Of a DNA stretch of 38,714 nt, positions 35,224-38,714 are shown one piece after another; the first letter of the stretch is position 1; each line of letters begins with the position of its first letter. This DNA comes from Promethearchaeota archaeon (lineage in GTDB: Archaea; Asgardarchaeota; Lokiarchaeia; Sigyniarchaeales; SOKP01): NCBI GenBank assembly GCA_019058365.1, contig JAHPZE010000035.1, positions 1 through 38,714 of the forward strand. The letters are read 5' to 3'. The notes below the pieces were generated by a model. That model searched no databases, was not told where the DNA came from, and saw only the letters and a list, made by a program, of their open reading frames with translations. A program made the translations under genes and the position numbers.

Positions 35224-37521
35224 ATGAGAAAATGGTCAAAAAGTTTAATTCTTTCTTTATTTATTATTTCTATGTTATTTCCACTTATACCTTTCAGTGT
35301 CAAAGCTCAAAGTACGATACCCACGTTTACTGTAGGAGCTTGCGGACCCGCTCCCATAGGTAGTTGGGATGGTATTAGTTTTGCAGCTACTACTGGCGAT
35401 TATTTTAGGTATAATGCTCTTGAAGGATTATTTGAATTACCATATGGTGCGGAATCCGGAGATTATGATAATTTAGTACCAGTACTTGCAACCAGTTGGA
35501 CAATACATGCCCGACCAGATGAAATGAACGCTAAAGGTTTTATGAATTACGGTGGAGTTGATTATATGGATGTCGTTCTCAGAGAAAACGTTAAGTTTCA
35601 CGATGGCTCGGATTTTAACGCCACAGTTTGCAAATGGAATCTTGATAGGCTCATGTACACCTTGGGAAATATCAATTTTTGTATAGGTGGTAGTACTGAA
35701 GTTGATTCTGCTGTGACCACTAATAGACCGATTTATTGGTTGAGCGTAAGTGATTGGCTTCCTTATGCAACTGCCTCTTGGAATGTAGCAAATTTTCGAG
35801 GACCATATTATGGAGGAGGTTATTATCTTAATGAATATCCTGGATTCGGATATTCCAGTGCAGCTGATTCCCCGTATGGTTTAAATCGTTTCCCTCGATT
35901 TACAAATATAACCATACTTGATAACAAGCAATCAGGAGGAACAGTTAGAGTCTATTTTAATGATTGGGGCACCGGTCCACAATATTTATCGAATGCGTGG
36001 GTAAAATTTATCTCCATGGATTCTTATAAGGACTATTTTGATGTTCCAATCATGGGATATGGAGATGTTCCAAAGTTTCCCCAAAATAACGCGACATCAC
36101 CTTTCCCTGGACATTTAATTGGTACAGGGCCCTATATGTTTGATAATTTCACATTAGATCAAGGTACTATGACAAGATTTGATGATTGGTGGAACGCTTC
36201 AGCTCAACAGGCTAAAGGGTGGCATATGCTTCCAAAGGTGGCAGTAGTTACGTTTAGTCATGACACAACAGGATATGCTGCAAGGACAACAGCATTGGTG
36301 ACAGGTGATATTGACTTTGCTTATGATCATTCCTGGGAACCGCTTGGTTATAGTGATATAGCTACCGCTTCTAACTTGGACTATATAGATATGGGCCAGG
36401 AAAATTACGGGGAAGTTATCGTTTTAAATTGCGTTGATGAGACATATTTGCGTTATTGGTATGATATAGGCTTTAACTTGTCTCAACCCGTAGGGTCACC
36501 ATATACATACCCAATATTATCCTCCACTAATATTAAAGAAGTAAATGGAACTTTAAAACCAACTAATGGAGTTGATCGCGCCTTTAGGAAAGCGCTTTCT
36601 TACGCATTTGATTATGATACATATCTGGCACTATATAATGGTCGGGTAGAGCGTTCTGGGGGTTTAGTGGCATCTACTCACGAATACTATGACCCATCTG
36701 TACCTTTACCTACTAGAGATCTCACGATAGCACGACAAACCTTACTAGATGATCCAGTCTGGGGAGCAGTTTGTCTAGCTCATGGTTTAACTAGCACAAC
36801 AGACGACTGGAACACTGTAGCAACTACTAATCCTATTTACACATTTGAAGATCATTATGATGATGCCCATCTTGAATCTTATCAATTGTTGATATCTGCT
36901 CTTGAGGATATTGGGTGTGCTATAGCTGCTACTAAAGATACAAGTGGTACTTATCCAGCAATATTAGCCGGTACACTTCCTTTATTATCCTGTGATGGAT
37001 TTGCAATTAAACCTTATCACAGCCGTATTGATGATCTTGGATTCATTCAGGCATATTATCAAAGCACTGGCATTATTGAACGAACTCCAACGGATGCTAC
37101 CTTCCCATTTCAAAATTATACTAGATACATAGCAGATTACAATTCCTATCCTTATGCATTCCCATATAAAGCGGGATCGAATATGGGTTTTACTTACAAT
37201 GCTACATGTGATAATCTGATTGCAAAACTATGGTTCCAAAACTCTACTGGAAAGCAACAATACTATAGCGAATTGGCAGATTGGGCTCAGAATTATCAAT
37301 ATCCCATGCTCTATTTAGGAAATGATTTAACAGGCCGCGCAGTAGATAAAGATTGGGACACCGCTTGGCATTGGATTTTAGTACAGCATTTTGACTTAGT
37401 GAAATATAGTCCTACTGCCCCAGGAATTCCAGGATTTTCAGTTGGATTAGTTTTATTTGCTTCAGTAATAGCATCTATCGGAATTGCGTATATTCTCATG
37501 AAAAAAAAGAAAATACTATAG
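35224..37521 (+). CDS. oppA: ABC substrate-binding protein family 5 (OppA/DppA-like) with signal peptide and IPGF-TM-basic (Loki-CTERM-like) anchor
   Basis: Signal peptide ending VKA, LVPVLATSW, LRENVKFHDGSDFNA, IGTGPY and FRKALSYAFD. C-terminus PGIPGF-TM-MKKKK. Confidence 0.85.
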   Translation: MRKWSKSLILSLFIISMLFPLIPFSVKAQSTIPTFTVGACGPAPIGSWDGISFAATTGDYFRYNALEGLFELPYGAESGDYDNLVPVLATSWTIHARPDEMNAKGFMNYGGVDYMDVVLRENVKFHDGSDFNATVCKWNLDRLMYTLGNINFCIGGSTEVDSAVTTNRPIYWLSVSDWLPYATASWNVANFRGPYYGGGYYLNEYPGFGYSSAADSPYGLNRFPRFTNITILDNKQSGGTVRVYFNDWGTGPQYLSNAWVKFISMDSYKDYFDVPIMGYGDVPKFPQNNATSPFPGHLIGTGPYMFDNFTLDQGTMTRFDDWWNASAQQAKGWHMLPKVAVVTFSHDTTGYAARTTALVTGDIDFAYDHSWEPLGYSDIATASNLDYIDMGQENYGEVIVLNCVDETYLRYWYDIGFNLSQPVGSPYTYPILSSTNIKEVNGTLKPTNGVDRAFRKALSYAFDYDTYLALYNGRVERSGGLVASTHEYYDPSVPLPTRDLTIARQTLLDDPVWGAVCLAHGLTSTTDDWNTVATTNPIYTFEDHYDDAHLESYQLLISALEDIGCAIAATKDTSGTYPAILAGTLPLLSCDGFAIKPYHSRIDDLGFIQAYYQSTGIIERTPTDATFPFQNYTRYIADYNSYPYAFPYKAGSNMGFTYNATCDNLIAKLWFQNSTGKQQYYSELADWAQNYQYPMLYLGNDLTGRAVDKDWDTAWHWILVQHFDLVKYSPTAPGIPGFSVGLVLFASVIASIGIAYILMKKKKIL

Positions 37522-37596
37522 AAATACTAAAAAATTAATTAATCATATTTTTTTTATTTTATATTTAATTTTCTCTTATTCAGAAGTAAATTTATA

Positions 37597-37683
37597 TTGA
37601 TAATTACTAGATTGAGATATATTGATATTTTAAAAAGAAAAATTGAATGACTTGTTGAGGGTTCTAGAAGAAGTAGATTTATT
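37597..37683 (+). pseudogene. Decayed fragment homologous to the 3' end of the MBL hydrolase gene (20763-20834)
   Basis: LRYIDILKRKIE*LVEGSRRSRFI versus LGYIEVLERTMEWLVEGLKRSGFI; 55/72 nt identical over 37612-37683 without gaps (hand count). TGG>TGA at 37648-37650. Confidence 0.7.
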
Positions 37684-37777
37684 CAAGATATCTGATAAAA
37701 ATAACATAAAAATATTATTTTACATTAAATATTCAATATAAAAGGAAATAGATTATTTAATTAAAGGTGATAAAATA

Positions 37778-38617
37778 TTGTCAGGGTTAAATCTTGATGT
37801 TATAGGAAAAAAATTCCCTGAAGTAACTTTTAAATATAATTGGAAAGATGTAGTATTATATGCTTTGGGGGTTGGAGCTCAAGTTGATGAGCTACAGTTC
37901 TTATATGAAGGAGTTTCTGGAGGATTAAAAGTTTTTCCTAGTTATGCTTGTATTGTTGCTGCTGCAGGTCTTCAGCTTCAAAGGTTAGGTAAAATTGATT
38001 TTTCACACTTCGTTCATGGGGAACAGTCAATTAAACTGTACAAATCCTTTTCTTCTTCAGATGAAATAATTTGTAAAGCGGGAGTTGAGAATATTTTTGA
38101 TAAAGGAAAAGCAGCTGTTATTCATATGAAAGTTTCTGGATACAAAAATGGAAATGAACATGTGTTTGATACTAAATGGGTATTTTTTTACCTTAAGGGC
38201 GGAGGTTTTGGAGGAGATCCAGGCCCTAAAACTGAACCACTAAATCCTCCTGAAGGGGTAGAACCAGATTTTAGTATCTCCTATATAACTAATGAAAATC
38301 AAGCTGCTTTATATAGACTTAATGGTGATTTTAATCCTTTACACATAGATCCTGAATTTGCCAGTAGGAGTGGAAGGTTTAAAGGCCCAATTCTACATGG
38401 ACTATGTACATATGGTTTTGCAACACGATCTATTATTTATGGTGCATGTAATGGGGATGTGGAACGATTTAAAGAATTCAGTGCACGATTTACAAGTGAA
38501 GTATATCCCGGAGAGACTTTAACCACAGAAGGATGGAAAGATAATGGAGGTTATATAATTCAAGTTAAAACAGAAAGAGCAATAGTTCTTGGAAATGCTT
38601 ATGCTATAATAGATTAA
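37778..38617 (+). CDS. (R)-specific enoyl-CoA hydratase 2 (MaoC double hot-dog, MFE-2/ECH2-like)
   Basis: YALGVG, VHGEQ, DKGK, YRLNGDFNPLHIDP (hydratase-2 motif), ILHGLCT and VYPGE. TTG start after AGGTGA. Confidence 0.88.
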   Translation: MSGLNLDVIGKKFPEVTFKYNWKDVVLYALGVGAQVDELQFLYEGVSGGLKVFPSYACIVAAAGLQLQRLGKIDFSHFVHGEQSIKLYKSFSSSDEIICKAGVENIFDKGKAAVIHMKVSGYKNGNEHVFDTKWVFFYLKGGGFGGDPGPKTEPLNPPEGVEPDFSISYITNENQAALYRLNGDFNPLHIDPEFASRSGRFKGPILHGLCTYGFATRSIIYGACNGDVERFKEFSARFTSEVYPGETLTTEGWKDNGGYIIQVKTERAIVLGNAYAIID

Positions 38618-38714
38618 TATTTTACCGATATTTTTTAACTAATCTTTTAATAAAAAGAAAAAAGTAATTGAGTAAATTTTACTCTTAATCTTTTTTATTT
38701 TTTTCTAATTATTT

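Noticed and set aside
4445-37499. Short antisense or overlapping ORFs in the track (e.g. 6547-7083, 11111-11527, 26939-27490, 30052-30351, 32294-32692)
   Set aside because: All lie within or largely overlap well-supported genes, mostly antisense, and have no motifs; these are shadow ORFs.
37715-37735. Weak operator-like matches upstream of maoC (also 11967-11987 and 9439-9447)
   Set aside because: About 5 mismatches or a half-site only; not distinguishable from background.
38670-38684. Palindrome GAGTAAA-T-TTTACTC near the window end
   Set aside because: The loop is too tight for a confident hairpin and the downstream context is missing.
1-38714. CRISPR arrays, tRNA/rRNA, IS elements, integrases
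   Set aside because: No regularly spaced repeats, GC-rich structured RNA segments or recombinase ORFs were seen; A/T homopolymer runs fit ordinary terminators.

Overview
This is an AT-rich (roughly 30% GC by eye), gene-dense archaeal-type window. It probably comes from an Asgard archaeon (Lokiarchaeia-like); this is inferred from an IPGF-TM-KKKK Loki-CTERM-type tail, GGTGA/GAGG-type Shine-Dalgarno motifs, TATA-like boxes and oligo-T terminators. It holds 29 credible CDS. I see no rRNA, tRNA, CRISPR array or integrase/transposase. The left half (1-20.8 kb) is an acyl-CoA/anaerobic catabolic cluster: two FabK/nitronate-monooxygenase paralogs, PanE-like and ARH proteins, an AbfD-like 4-hydroxybutyryl-CoA dehydratase, two cytoplasmic DmsAB-like molybdoenzymes, 3-hydroxyacyl-CoA dehydrogenase, crotonase, thiolase, an alkylsulfatase, an MBL hydrolase and a TetR. 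The right half carries TetR2, Fe-ADH, AOR, a glycyl radical enzyme with its activase, an Opp/Dpp-type ABC importer and a (R)-hydratase. Most notable: (1) both Opp ATPases are fused to N-terminal multi-pass membrane domains, and the operon has an extra 4-TM gene; (2) a 21-bp palindrome TAAATDTAC-N3-GTAHATTTA recurs at six promoters, a candidate TetR regulon; (3) an unclassified GCVEP-type glycyl radical enzyme is linked to ADH-AOR by a shared 36-bp promoter element, and its activase needs an ATA start; (4) a decayed copy of the MBL gene 3' end lies 17 kb downstream and brackets the right-hand block like an insertion scar; (5) there are active-site oddities in DmsA1 (Cys swap) and AbfD.
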